From a virus (lineage: Duplodnaviria; Caudoviricetes): DNA of 50,685 nucleotides. The stretch spans positions 1 through 50,685 of IMG/VR virus record IMGVR_UViG_3300033067_002100; one strand, 5' to 3'. This document shows positions 29,708 through 38,541 of this stretch, piece by piece. The notes under the pieces are model-generated. The model did not search any database. It had not been told where the DNA came from and was given only the letters and a program-made list of their open reading frames with translations. How positions within the stretch are numbered: the stretch's first letter is position 1; every line of letters starts with the position of its first letter. Position numbers and translations under genes: made by a program.

Positions 29708-29968
29708 TCATGGCTCGTCCTTGTCAGCTTCGGCGATGGCTGCCTGTGTCCTAACGCATTTCGAATTGTCCAAAACACGACCGTAAATTCTCATGCTTAG
29801 CGCCCTCTCCGCGAACTCGCGCGCCACGGCTTCAATGGCATTAGTAAGCCGCGCAACAACCCGTTCGTCTGTTGGAGACAATAGGCCTTTCTGTAAAGCG
29901 CCATAGGCCTTGGGGCCACACCAAGCGTTAGCTGCTTCCTCTTCCGCTCTCCGCTTCAGCCAGCTCAT
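29708..29968 (-). CDS. Hypothetical protein, paralog of 44057..44302
   Basis: MSWLKRRA...VAREFAER...ADKDEP; ATGA overlap supports ATG at 29968. Confidence 0.7.
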   Translation of the reverse strand: MSWLKRRAEEEAANAWCGPKAYGALQKGLLSPTDERVVARLTNAIEAVAREFAERALSMRIYGRVLDNSKCVRTQAAIAEADKDEP

Positions 29969-30291
29969 TCGTCCCCCATCACGACCGAAGCAGCCCTCCA
30001 TCTTAGTTCCTCGCGGTCGGCCGAGTCGTTGATCAACTTAGCGAGTTTTGCAGGCACCAGCCGCGAGTAGTGCATCTTGTTCCCCGTTTTCACAACGACG
30101 CGGACCTGCGCCTCGGCACTTCCTTGCGGTGGTTGTTTGAATGTCCGGAGCACGTGTTCGAGTTCTTTTGCTGAAAGGATTACCATGTCCATAGTATCGT
30201 GAGTTATCTGTCTAACCCTCGCCAACCTCGCGATTGCTGTTGAGGGCACCGAATACGTGGCATCGACGTTCTCATTAACAATCGAGTTCAT
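29965..30291 (-). CDS. Hypothetical protein
   Basis: ATGA-coupled on both sides. Confidence 0.6.
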   Translation of the reverse strand: MNSIVNENVDATYSVPSTAIARLARVRQITHDTMDMVILSAKELEHVLRTFKQPPQGSAEAQVRVVVKTGNKMHYSRLVPAKLAKLINDSADREELRWRAASVVMGDE

Positions 30292-30599
30292 CGGATGCCG
30301 CCTCCCGTCACAAAGCCGTCAGGATAACGCTCTCGCAGCTTACGGATATTCGCCTCCGCGACTTCGACCAAAGAGAGGCCGTTCAAATTGGCCACCCAGG
30401 TAAGATAAAAAAGTGCGTCGCCGAGTTCTTTCTGCAGCTTGCTGGTTTCCGCGCGAACGCCGTGAAAGCGCTCTTTCTTAATTAACTCAATGACTTCTCC
30501 GACTTCGCCCGCCAGCCCGAGAGCAGCGTTCAAAAGCGCGTCAGGATCCTCGTTTCGAGTCCGAGCAGCCTCTTCTTCGTACCAAGCGAAATCATTCAT
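30288..30599 (-). CDS. MazG-like nucleotide pyrophosphohydrolase
   Basis: LGLAGEVGEVIELIKK...ELGDALFY...N..KL..RYP.GF. Confidence 0.9.
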   Translation of the reverse strand: MNDFAWYEEEAARTRNEDPDALLNAALGLAGEVGEVIELIKKERFHGVRAETSKLQKELGDALFYLTWVANLNGLSLVEVAEANIRKLRERYPDGFVTGGGIR

Positions 30600-30676
30600 G
30601 TGAAACGCTCCAACAGTAAAGTGACTGCTGCTGTGACAACCACACCGAGTGAAAATCCAAGGATCAGCTCGACCAT
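30596..30676 (-). CDS. 26-aa single-TM microprotein (not in ORF track)
   Basis: MVELILGFSLGVVVTAAVTLLLERFT; TAATG and ATGA overlaps. Confidence 0.55.
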   Translation of the reverse strand: MVELILGFSLGVVVTAAVTLLLERFT

Positions 30677-30762
30677 TACTTGCTCTCCATCCAACGCCCT
30701 ACCTGCATGCCAAGAGCAAATGTGTTGAGCAGCGCCATTCCAACAATAATTACTTCAATCAT
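30676..30762 (-). CDS. 28-aa single-TM microprotein
   Basis: MIEVIIVGMALLNTFALGMQVGRWMESK; ATGA and TAATG overlaps. Confidence 0.55.
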   Translation of the reverse strand: MIEVIIVGMALLNTFALGMQVGRWMESK

Positions 30763-30848
30763 TTCTTTACCTGCTTCTTTACGGAAAACGGCTTCACCGC
30801 CGGGGTCAATTTGATCACTGCAATCGGAAACAAAATGTGGGTTTTCAT
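30759..30848 (-). CDS. 29-aa basic microprotein (not in ORF track)
   Basis: MKTHILFPIAVIKLTPAVKPFSVKKQVKK; ATGA overlaps at both ends; AAGGAG SD. Confidence 0.5.
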   Translation of the reverse strand: MKTHILFPIAVIKLTPAVKPFSVKKQVKK

Positions 30849-31072
30849 CGTTGCTCCTTGCGCGTCGCGAACCGATAGGTGCTGGCACCCGTCTTCTCGT
30901 CGATTGTGCGAATCCAGCGGCCTCGACTGAGAAGTTTCTGTGCGCGCTCACGCTCGAAGTTTGCGTCACCGCGGGCTTCAGCGAGCTGCAGCTCGTAGTC
31001 CATGAACTTTTCGTTGGCCCAGATCGAGCCACCAGCGGTACCCGTAAACAGCAGTAATGCTAGCGTTCTCAT
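30845..31072 (-). CDS. Small protein with hydrophobic N-terminus
   Basis: AGGAG SD; ATGA coupling. Confidence 0.6.
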   Translation of the reverse strand: MRTLALLLFTGTAGGSIWANEKFMDYELQLAEARGDANFERERAQKLLSRGRWIRTIDEKTGASTYRFATRKEQR

Positions 31073-31272
31073 TTCTTCTCCTTTTCTTCTTTGAAGTTCA
31101 GCTCAACGACTTCGAACGGGTACCCCGTGATTTTGCGGAGTTCCTTCACAGCTTTTCTCACCTGCTTCAGCTGAAAGATCGCTGGCAGTTCGTCGAAGTA
31201 ACGGGCCTCACCTTTTGCATCGATGTACCCGACGCCCCAAAACTGAAACTCCTTATATTTGCGTAGAGTCAT
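31069..31272 (-). CDS. Hypothetical protein
   Basis: GGAG SD; ATGA coupling. Confidence 0.6.
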   Translation of the reverse strand: MTLRKYKEFQFWGVGYIDAKGEARYFDELPAIFQLKQVRKAVKELRKITGYPFEVVELNFKEEKEKK

Positions 31273-31763
31273 TTCTTAGCTCCGTACTTGAAGCGATCGT
31301 CCACCCCGGTTTCAGTCTCTTCGTACGTAAGAAGAAACATCAGGTTGACGATTGCGTGAGCAAGGTGCTGCTGGCCTGACTCGGCGTCAAAACGTTCGCC
31401 CTTTTGCCACGCAGCAATGTGGCGAAACGCTGCGCCCAGCGGACGAGACCAGGCCATGCCTTGGCGCCAGTTGTACGCCTTGTTGACCTTGTCGTATTTT
31501 TCGACACCGTAGGCCAACACTTTACCGACTTCGATCATGGCTTCCGCTGGGGCCAGGTCCATGCGGGGTTTGCCCTCATCGAACTTGATTCCCGTGGGTT
31601 TGGGGCTGGTAACGAAGCCGTCGAAAGTGTCCCCGTATGCGTCAGGCAGGTCCTTGTCGAACGACTTTGCGTAGTCGTGCTCCACAGGTGGAACTTCAAC
31701 GTCCTTGAGATTGTTCTCAGCCCAAGCATTCAAACGGTGAATTGAGTTTCTAAAATTGTTCAA
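31269..31763 (-). CDS. dATP/dGTP diphosphohydrolase-like protein (DUF5664)
   Basis: GIKFDEGKPRMDL, YG..KY, NWRQG, AAFRH..AW..GE..D.ESG..HLAHA. Confidence 0.85.
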   Translation of the reverse strand: MNNFRNSIHRLNAWAENNLKDVEVPPVEHDYAKSFDKDLPDAYGDTFDGFVTSPKPTGIKFDEGKPRMDLAPAEAMIEVGKVLAYGVEKYDKVNKAYNWRQGMAWSRPLGAAFRHIAAWQKGERFDAESGQQHLAHAIVNLMFLLTYEETETGVDDRFKYGAKK

Positions 31764-32326
31764 GCGACAAGCTCCTTCTTCAAATCAGTGACAATCTTGA
31801 TGAGCGGATCCCAGCCGCTGACGCGCGGCAGGTCGATGCGACGGTTGTGCGGACAATCCCACAGCAGTGCGACGCCGCTGTTGAGCGCCGACCAGGCCCG
31901 AACATTAGTAGCGTGATCATCAACGAATAGATCTGCGGAGACGAACTGCTTCGCGCTGGTGTGAACGATCTGGTTTTCGTTGACGCCGAAATGTCTCTTC
32001 AGCCACGCAGTGCGCTCAAATGCCCATGTCGGAGAACTTAGCCAAGGTGACGTAACAAGGACTACATCTGCAAATTTTTGCAGTGCTTTGAATCCATGTT
32101 TGGCACCGGGCAAGACTAGCAAACTTTCGCAAAATCCCGGGGTGCCGATAAGTTCAAAGACCGCCTCAGTCTCCTCAGGTTGCAACTTGAACTGCAACCA
32201 AGGCGACCACTGCGACACTTCCTGTGATTGGTAGTGCCTGCCAGTGACGTGGTGTATCGCGTCCAGAGCACCTTCGAGAAAGTCGGCTAGAATTCCGTCG
32301 ACATCCAAAGCAACGAGTGGTCGCAT
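31760..32326 (-). CDS. 5'(3')-deoxyribonucleotidase (HAD, NT5C-like)
   Basis: DVDGILADF, TSP, K, FVDD, PHN motifs. Confidence 0.88.
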   Translation of the reverse strand: MRPLVALDVDGILADFLEGALDAIHHVTGRHYQSQEVSQWSPWLQFKLQPEETEAVFELIGTPGFCESLLVLPGAKHGFKALQKFADVVLVTSPWLSSPTWAFERTAWLKRHFGVNENQIVHTSAKQFVSADLFVDDHATNVRAWSALNSGVALLWDCPHNRRIDLPRVSGWDPLIKIVTDLKKELVA

Positions 32327-32370
32327 ATGTTTTATTATCTAACATTAAACAATAGAACTAGCAACACAAA

Positions 32371-34296
32371 TTAACGTACGTACTTGGTCATGTTGCCCCA
32401 CGACGGACCAAATTTGGCATCCGCGACCAGCGGCACTGGGTCAATTCGTGTTGTAGTCTCCATAAGCCGGAGCAGCTCGTCGCAAATTTCCTTCGCCCCT
32501 GGCCCTTCGGTAACCTCACACACAAGTGAGTCGTATACAGTCAGGAGCATCCCGGCTTTGTCTGCGGGAATCGTCTTGTCGATTGCGACAATCGCGCGGC
32601 GCATGATGTCGGCAGCGCTTCCCTGAAGGAGGAAGTTATAGAACTTGTGCGCGTTGTCTTCTTGTCGGTGGTTCTGCGGATTGTAGTAATGCTCTACCCG
32701 TTTAGTACGTCCAGAAAGTGGATAGCGCATGTAATCGTTTCGCTTCGCTGTCCCGATGACCTTTTTGATGAAGGGCTGAAGGTCGGGCACGGCGTCGAAG
32801 TAGGAACGGATGTAACTACGTCCCTCGCACGAGCAGTAAACTGGGTCCGCTGCTGAGCAGGCGATTTCCTTCAGCTCGCCATCCTTCATGCTCCATACGG
32901 GCTCGTAGTGGTAGACGTATTCTCCGTTAGGCAGCTGGTGATGTCGCAGATTCAGTTTCACTGCGAGTTTCCACGCACCCATGCCGTACGCGGTACCCAG
33001 AACGACAGACTTCGCGGACGTACGTTGCTCGTCAGTCGCCTGTGAAACCTTGAACATGCGCTCCGCAGTGGGACGGTAAATGTCCAACCCCTTTTGGAAC
33101 AGCTCTACGAGGCTGGCCTCTTTGCTGTAAAAGGCGCCCAACCGCGGTTCCACGCTTGCATAGTCAGCCTCAAACAGAAATTTTCCCGGTGAGGCTTTGA
33201 AGCAGCGTTTCAGGCTATATGCGCGAGTTGCAGAGTCACGCGAACAGTTAGCCATATTGGGACCGCTACTGGAGAGCCGTCCCGTAATGGTGCCGTGCAC
33301 CTTGTAATTGGTGTGGATTCGTCCATCAGCGTCGCACAGTTCGAGAAATGGGTCGAAGTAGGTAGAGGTAGCCTTCTTCACTTCTCTATAATCGAGCAGT
33401 GCGCGAATATCCCTGCGCGGCTCACCTTCCATGACGGACATGAGAAAATCTTTGTTAGTCTTGGGCAGCTTGAGCCATTCGATCAACTGCTTAGGCGAGT
33501 TGAAGTTGATGCCTCCGTTCATCTCTGCAAGTTCGGCCTGAAGCGCAGCCATACGCGGCCCAATGTTGTCCATTTGTCGCTGCACTTCTTCCTTATCGAG
33601 CTGAATGCCGCGCATCTCCATTCGAATGAGTGCAAGCTGAAAGTCGCAAAGCTCTTCGTAGACTGCATCGGTGCGCCACTGGCGTAGCACTTCGAGGCGG
33701 TTTTCATGTAACCGCTGGCTAAGGCTCAGGTCGTCAACACCGTACTGATAGACAACGCTGGCCGGCAACCGCCACAGGTTCTCCATCCCACCTTCTGCTG
33801 TACTGAGGCCGCGGGCCTTGAGCTCTGCCTTGAGTTGCAGCTGAGCACTGATGCTCTCAATGCCGAAGTACTGTGCACATAGCTTCTTCAGCGCGTACGC
33901 CTTGCCTTGTTTCGTCACCTTTTCGTTTTCGTTAGCCGTGTGAGCCGCAATCAACGAATCGCGAATCTTGGACGGCATCGAGAAACCGTCCTGCAGGAGA
34001 ATCTTAATGTCGAAAGAAAGATTGTGGCCTAACCACAGCGTGTTTCTTAGTAAGTCGCGCAGAGGGCTGAGCAACTCCAACGAAAGGTTTTCTCCCTCAC
34101 CGTGGCGGAACGGAAAGTAGTAGTTCAGATTGGTATCGGCGACTGGGCCAATCTGAATGGAGCACATTCGGGCTGGGTTTTCGTGCTTGAACATGTTGAG
34201 GCCGTTGGTCTCAGTGTCCACGCGAAACCCACTGCCGCGATAGTGCGTCAACGTGTCATAGGCACGCTGAAACTGACTGTTTGTTGTAACCAGCAC
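32371..34296 (-). CDS. polA: DNA polymerase, family A, with 3'-5' exonuclease
   Basis: ExoI DTETNG, ExoII HNLSFD, ExoIII YGVDD; TGRLSSSGPN; motif A DYASVEPR; motif B RTSAKSVVLGTAYG; motif C VYDS. Confidence 0.95.
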   Translation of the reverse strand: MLVTTNSQFQRAYDTLTHYRGSGFRVDTETNGLNMFKHENPARMCSIQIGPVADTNLNYYFPFRHGEGENLSLELLSPLRDLLRNTLWLGHNLSFDIKILLQDGFSMPSKIRDSLIAAHTANENEKVTKQGKAYALKKLCAQYFGIESISAQLQLKAELKARGLSTAEGGMENLWRLPASVVYQYGVDDLSLSQRLHENRLEVLRQWRTDAVYEELCDFQLALIRMEMRGIQLDKEEVQRQMDNIGPRMAALQAELAEMNGGINFNSPKQLIEWLKLPKTNKDFLMSVMEGEPRRDIRALLDYREVKKATSTYFDPFLELCDADGRIHTNYKVHGTITGRLSSSGPNMANCSRDSATRAYSLKRCFKASPGKFLFEADYASVEPRLGAFYSKEASLVELFQKGLDIYRPTAERMFKVSQATDEQRTSAKSVVLGTAYGMGAWKLAVKLNLRHHQLPNGEYVYHYEPVWSMKDGELKEIACSAADPVYCSCEGRSYIRSYFDAVPDLQPFIKKVIGTAKRNDYMRYPLSGRTKRVEHYYNPQNHRQEDNAHKFYNFLLQGSAADIMRRAIVAIDKTIPADKAGMLLTVYDSLVCEVTEGPGAKEICDELLRLMETTTRIDPVPLVADAKFGPSWGNMTKYVR

Positions 34297-34581
34297 TCAT
34301 TGCACCGAAACCAGGAATGTGTGCTCACACGGCTTGGTCTCATAGGTGACCATAGTTACTGCCAACCCTGGTTCCAGTTGCGCCTTGGCCTTTTCTTGCA
34401 CCATGCGCAGCAACTGCAGTTTTTCATCTTCATTCAGGGGCCGTGTGGTCGCGATGTCTCGCTCGTAAACGTAGTTACGGGCGGACCCTGAAACACTTGT
34501 GTCGCTGTCCCAGCCGCTGTCGGTAACCAGCAGAGAGTGAATGTCTGATGGACCGCGATCTTTTGCGGATTGCTTAGACAT
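34297..34581 (-). CDS. Hypothetical protein
   Basis: Abuts the polA start; overlaps the upstream gene. Confidence 0.55.
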   Translation of the reverse strand: MSKQSAKDRGPSDIHSLLVTDSGWDSDTSVSGSARNYVYERDIATTRPLNEDEKLQLLRMVQEKAKAQLEPGLAVTMVTYETKPCEHTFLVSVQ

Positions 34582-34801
34582 AGTCGCCTCGCGTAGCGCT
34601 CAACCCTTGATAGACAGCCTGCTGCAACTGCTCGAATTTCTCGCGATAGTTTTCGGCGTTTAAGATGTCATATTTCAGCCAACTGCGAAGCTGGGAGGCG
34701 ACATTATAGACCACATTGGCCAAGTCACGTGCGTCCAGGTGTAGATCATGCGCAATCACGTCGTCTTCATTTTTCAGATTGAACTCGATGGTGACTTTCA
34801 T
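34574..34801 (-). CDS. Hypothetical protein
   Basis: MKVTIEFNL...LRSWLKY; ATGA coupling. Confidence 0.65.
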   Translation of the reverse strand: MKVTIEFNLKNEDDVIAHDLHLDARDLANVVYNVASQLRSWLKYDILNAENYREKFEQLQQAVYQGLSATRGDYV

Positions 34802-35076
34802 GCCGCACCTGCTGCATGGCTTCGCAACTTAGCCTGCAAATCATCGATATCGGCCAGCGCTTCTTCAAGCTCATCTTGCAGCTCATTGGCCATTTCGACA
34901 TCCCACCTTAGCGATTCAATTTCTCGCTCGACCGATTCCGGGGATGCACCCAAACTACGCCATTGGCGTACCTCTTCAATGAGCTGAATGATTGCTTCGC
35001 GAGCAAGTGGGCTCTCAGAGGAGTATTTCGAATCGATCTCCAGATACACCAGGTCCGCTTCAGAAAGTTGCGTCAT
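34798..35076 (-). CDS. Coiled-coil hypothetical protein
   Basis: Acidic heptad C-terminus; GGAG precedes ATG at 35076. Confidence 0.6.
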   Translation of the reverse strand: MTQLSEADLVYLEIDSKYSSESPLAREAIIQLIEEVRQWRSLGASPESVEREIESLRWDVEMANELQDELEEALADIDDLQAKLRSHAAGAA

Positions 35077-35136
35077 ACGAACTCCAAGCAAGTGGTTTAC
35101 TGACAGCGGATTCGGACCGCGGCTGCCGTGAACGAA

Positions 35137-35601
35137 CTAGAAAGGGATTTCGCTAGTGGATGTGGTTTCAGGCGCGAGAACGTCGGCCACAGCCATTCGA
35201 TCTTTGCCGTTGTATGTTTCCTGCACTAACTTCAGCGTGCAGTCCTTGCTCACAACATCACTGGGCTTGAACTTGTAGGCGCCCGTCTCGTTCTTCTGAA
35301 TTCCAAACGCTTGCTTCAGGATGCGTTCGGTGATCCCAGCGCCTTTGCCAGTGAGCGGAAGATACTTTTTGTAGTCGATGCCCGCGGCTTTCCCACCGGT
35401 CCCCACAAGGGTGAGAAGAAGCATGCTCGCACCTGAGGACTGCGCTGTGTACGGAACAATGGAGACGGCTTTGGCGGGGTAGTTTCCACCCTCGAAAAAA
35501 TACTTACTTGTGCGTGTTGTCGAGCCGGATTCTGGAGGCGGGGTGAAGTCGAAGGACTCTTCGTTGGCGGGGACGGGAGAGGTAAGACCTGGAATGCTCA
35601 T
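35137..35601 (-). CDS. Single-stranded DNA-binding protein (DUF669-like)
   Basis: OB-type pattern, C-terminal EIPF tail, adjacent to the Sak4-like ATPase. Confidence 0.7.
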   Translation of the reverse strand: MSIPGLTSPVPANEESFDFTPPPESGSTTRTSKYFFEGGNYPAKAVSIVPYTAQSSGASMLLLTLVGTGGKAAGIDYKKYLPLTGKGAGITERILKQAFGIQKNETGAYKFKPSDVVSKDCTLKLVQETYNGKDRMAVADVLAPETTSTSEIPF

Positions 35602-35629
35602 GATAACTCCACAACTGGCGAAAGGCGCC

Positions 35630-35670
35630 GAGTTGCTAATGTTTTATCATAAACAATTAGAACGTCAAAC
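35630..35670 (-). promoter_or_regulatory. sigma70-like promoter
   Basis: TTGACG-16 nt (ending TGA)-TAAAAC on the - strand; contains the recurring TTATGATAAAACATTAG box. Confidence 0.55.
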
Positions 35671-35684
35671 CGAAAAGCGATGAA

Positions 35685-36482
35685 TTAGAACGCGTACGCC
35701 TTCTTGTAGCGTGAGAAGATGTCGGGAAACGTCGGGTCGACCAGCACGGGCATCACTTTTCCCTCGATTTCGGTAGTCATCTGCGCTGCGACTGCAACAT
35801 CGCGCGTTTTACAAGAGACCGGGCCTAGGTTTGCCGTATAGAGGTAACGCTTGTTGCTTTTCTCGTCATATACGTACGTCCATGAGTCATCAACCAAGCC
35901 ACTAAGTGTTGGACGAATACTTTCACTCACGTCTGGAACGATTGCCGTTGGTGGTTGAGTAGTGTCCGCTTGTAGCGTGCCGGGCTTGAGCGGATAGACT
36001 TTTTTCACCCACGTGGTCAGAACGACGCTCACAGGTAGGTCGCGAGCCATCCGTAAAATTCGCAGCATACGGTTCTTCGCGAGCATGAAATCACGAAGCT
36101 CGTTGCTGGCTGCATCGCGCTTGCTATTGGTCTTCGCGGCATCAGCTGCAATGTCCGCCAGCTCTTTGCGTGAGAGCTCGGATAGACCATCAAGAACAAC
36201 CGTCTTGATATTGGCTACGCTCTTATCTCGGTTCGCGATAAGCCACAAAACCTGCTCGACTTCAGCTATCGTACGCGCACTCACGCCGGCGGTGTCTCCG
36301 CGACTGAGGAGGGTCGACGAACCACCGTCCAGGTCGCATATGAGCACATCAGCCATTTCCGGGCAGTCCTGGATGGTGCCGCAAAGATGTGTCTTCCCTA
36401 CTCCCGGTTCTGATGAAATAAGGATGCGGCGAGTGAACGGAGTGTTCTTGTTAACTGCTAACTTCTTAATCGCGATGGTCAT
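35685..36482 (-). CDS. AAA_24 / Sak4-like ssDNA-annealing ATPase
   Basis: Walker A EPGVGKT, DLDGGS, Walker B TVVLDGLSEL; GAGG SD before ATG at 36482. Confidence 0.8.
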   Translation of the reverse strand: MTIAIKKLAVNKNTPFTRRILISSEPGVGKTHLCGTIQDCPEMADVLICDLDGGSSTLLSRGDTAGVSARTIAEVEQVLWLIANRDKSVANIKTVVLDGLSELSRKELADIAADAAKTNSKRDAASNELRDFMLAKNRMLRILRMARDLPVSVVLTTWVKKVYPLKPGTLQADTTQPPTAIVPDVSESIRPTLSGLVDDSWTYVYDEKSNKRYLYTANLGPVSCKTRDVAVAAQMTTEIEGKVMPVLVDPTFPDIFSRYKKAYAF

Positions 36483-36483
36483 G

Positions 36484-37428
36484 CTATTCCTCTGTGAGAA
36501 TCCGTAAGGATTGGGGTGACGTGGTGAAGTTGTTCTTGAGGACGTGTTCGACATCCCCGTTGGAAAGCGCAGTGTCGCAGTAAAGCTTGTATTCACATGA
36601 TTTGCAGCCGAACGGGCTGCGAGACATGTACGCGTACTGGTGCTCGAAGCGGCTCATGCTCAAAGACATTTTGGCGAACTCGTTCCAGTTGTTCTGAATC
36701 TCGGCATCACTCACGTAGCGAGGAACCCACCGAAACTGACCGTCAGAGGACGCCCGAATACCGTCGAAGGTGCCTGAATCCTCGCGCACTTTTCGGGGCG
36801 CGCGTTTTGGCGGCGTGCTTTTGATCTCGATGAGCGCGAATTGATTCACGTGCGCAATTCCCATGTTGCGCAGCGCATACAGGTAGAGTGGCAGCTGCAC
36901 TTGATACAGTTCGTCCCCTTCACTGCCGAAGGTGGCTTTGGTCTTCCAATCAATGCAGACGATGCGACCGGTGGGTTTGTGTCTAACCAACGCATCGACG
37001 AAACCGTTAAAACCCCCGGGCCAACCTTGAAGCGGGGCGGTAAGCTGCAGTTCAACCACCGGCTTCCCTTCATGGAGGAAAGGCTCAAAGTCCGTGACCG
37101 GCAGCCAGTCGCAGAGATTCTCGACAACCGTAAGACTTGATTCCTGGATCTCGGCTAGTGCTTGTGTTTGTTGAGCGCTTAGCCCTTTTGCTGCCTCTGC
37201 ATTGATCTCGTCTCGGATGTACTCTGCCGAGTTTTTGCCGAGAAGCGCGGCCTCCATTCCCGCGTGGATTACCGTTCCGCGAAACATGCGTTCCCAGCTC
37301 TCAAAGTGCATGTCCTTCGCAAGTGGTTTGACCCGCAGTTTGTACTTCAGGCTGTAGGCCATTCGGCACTTTTGGTAGACGTATGCGCGGGAATTGGAGA
37401 CAGCTTCGAGGTACTGCTTAAATGACAT
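36484..37428 (-). CDS. Cas4/RecB-like PD-(D/E)XK exonuclease
   Basis: S.S...Y.KC, RGTVIH, GFVD, IDWKT, QLPLY, C-terminal C..C.Y...C. Confidence 0.88.
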   Translation of the reverse strand: MSFKQYLEAVSNSRAYVYQKCRMAYSLKYKLRVKPLAKDMHFESWERMFRGTVIHAGMEAALLGKNSAEYIRDEINAEAAKGLSAQQTQALAEIQESSLTVVENLCDWLPVTDFEPFLHEGKPVVELQLTAPLQGWPGGFNGFVDALVRHKPTGRIVCIDWKTKATFGSEGDELYQVQLPLYLYALRNMGIAHVNQFALIEIKSTPPKRAPRKVREDSGTFDGIRASSDGQFRWVPRYVSDAEIQNNWNEFAKMSLSMSRFEHQYAYMSRSPFGCKSCEYKLYCDTALSNGDVEHVLKNNFTTSPQSLRILTEE

Positions 37429-37454
37429 CGTAAGTCTAATATTTTATCATAGAA

Positions 37455-37952
37455 TTACCAGGTCACCAAATTGGTCAGGTAATAATTTCCAATAGCGATC
37501 GCATCTGCCACGTCATCGGTAGCCGGTGTGAAGCCGTACTTATCCTGCACGTACTTGACCGCAGCCGCCTTCGTGTCTGGCACCCGGCCTCCGAACAAAC
37601 CATTCTGCCAAGTCGACGCCCCTATGTAGAGCCACAGGTTGAAGCCGCACGCCTCCCCAGCTGATTGCGCAATGCCCCGCCGCTGCCCGAGCGTGAGTGA
37701 CCCCTTTACGCTGCGAAAGCTCATCCAATGCTGTTCCAGTAGGCAAATGCGCTCACTCTCCGGATACTTCGCAAGGTAGGGTTCTACCAGCGGGCTAACC
37801 ACCTGCATGAGGCTGCGAAAGCTGTCTCCCTTGGCGGGCGAGTGCGCTACCAACTTTCCTTCCGCAAACAGTGCAACTCCAGCCGCTGCAGCAGGGTCAA
37901 TCACGAGTACGAGTTTGGGCGGCGGCAGCTTCGACTTAGTAACTTTCGACAT
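37455..37952 (-). CDS. RuvC-like Holliday junction resolvase
   Basis: LVIDPA..GVA, LLE, STW, K, DDVADAIAIG. Confidence 0.8.
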   Translation of the reverse strand: MSKVTKSKLPPPKLVLVIDPAAAAGVALFAEGKLVAHSPAKGDSFRSLMQVVSPLVEPYLAKYPESERICLLEQHWMSFRSVKGSLTLGQRRGIAQSAGEACGFNLWLYIGASTWQNGLFGGRVPDTKAAAVKYVQDKYGFTPATDDVADAIAIGNYYLTNLVTW

Positions 37953-38541
37953 CGAGCACCGAGTCAGCGAATCCTAAGTCTTCCTCGTGGTTGTGGAGGA
38001 TGTCTTGTACCTCTTCAGCGAAAGCCAAACCCGACTCGTCGACCCACACTGCGTCCTCGTCGCGCTCGACCAAGTAGGCAAAAGCAGTCTTGCCCTGAAA
38101 CTGTAAGCATAAGGTGCGCCGCGCTAGGTCTGCCGGTGCTAACTCAAGTTGCGTGGGAGTTAGTTCCGGAGACCGCTGGTTGACGTAGCTTGCTCGTTTA
38201 GTCGCGGTGAGGCGCAGTGCTTTGGCGCGCAACGCCCGGAGCCTGTCGTAGAGCACGCTTCGCTTTACGTTTAGCACCTTTGCGATTTTGCGCGGCGGCA
38301 TCTGCAAGAACAGCTCTGCTAGTTCCTGTTCACTCGGTAGCAGGTCAGGCATAGCCGTCGTGATTGCGTTCACGATGTATTGACGATCGAAGTTAATGAC
38401 CTTGGTGAACGAGTGGTAAGGCAGACAACCAGAGAGGCCAGCTGCGAGTTCAGGTTCTGTTTTAGCGTGGTTTCGCAGCCATTCAAGCGCCGCTTTGTCT
38501 TTGGAGAGTTTTACGGTTGGGTTGTTACTGTTGTTGGACAT
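37936..38541 (-). CDS. HTH protein (sigma70 region 4 / LuxR-like)
   Basis: LLPSEQELAEL...PRKIAKVLNVKRSVLYDRL. Confidence 0.6.
   Translation of the reverse strand: MSNNSNNPTVKLSKDKAALEWLRNHAKTEPELAAGLSGCLPYHSFTKVINFDRQYIVNAITTAMPDLLPSEQELAELFLQMPPRKIAKVLNVKRSVLYDRLRALRAKALRLTATKRASYVNQRSPELTPTQLELAPADLARRTLCLQFQGKTAFAYLVERDEDAVWVDESGLAFAEEVQDILHNHEEDLGFADSVLDVESY

Noticed and set aside
30288-34296. 2-aminoadenine (Z-genome) pathway
   Set aside because: No PurZ/adenylosuccinate-synthetase-like ORF is visible, so the hydrolases alone do not support the call.
36484-37428. Cas4 as evidence of a CRISPR system
   Set aside because: No repeat-spacer array or other cas genes; the context (Sak4-like ATPase, SSB) is a standard phage recombination module.
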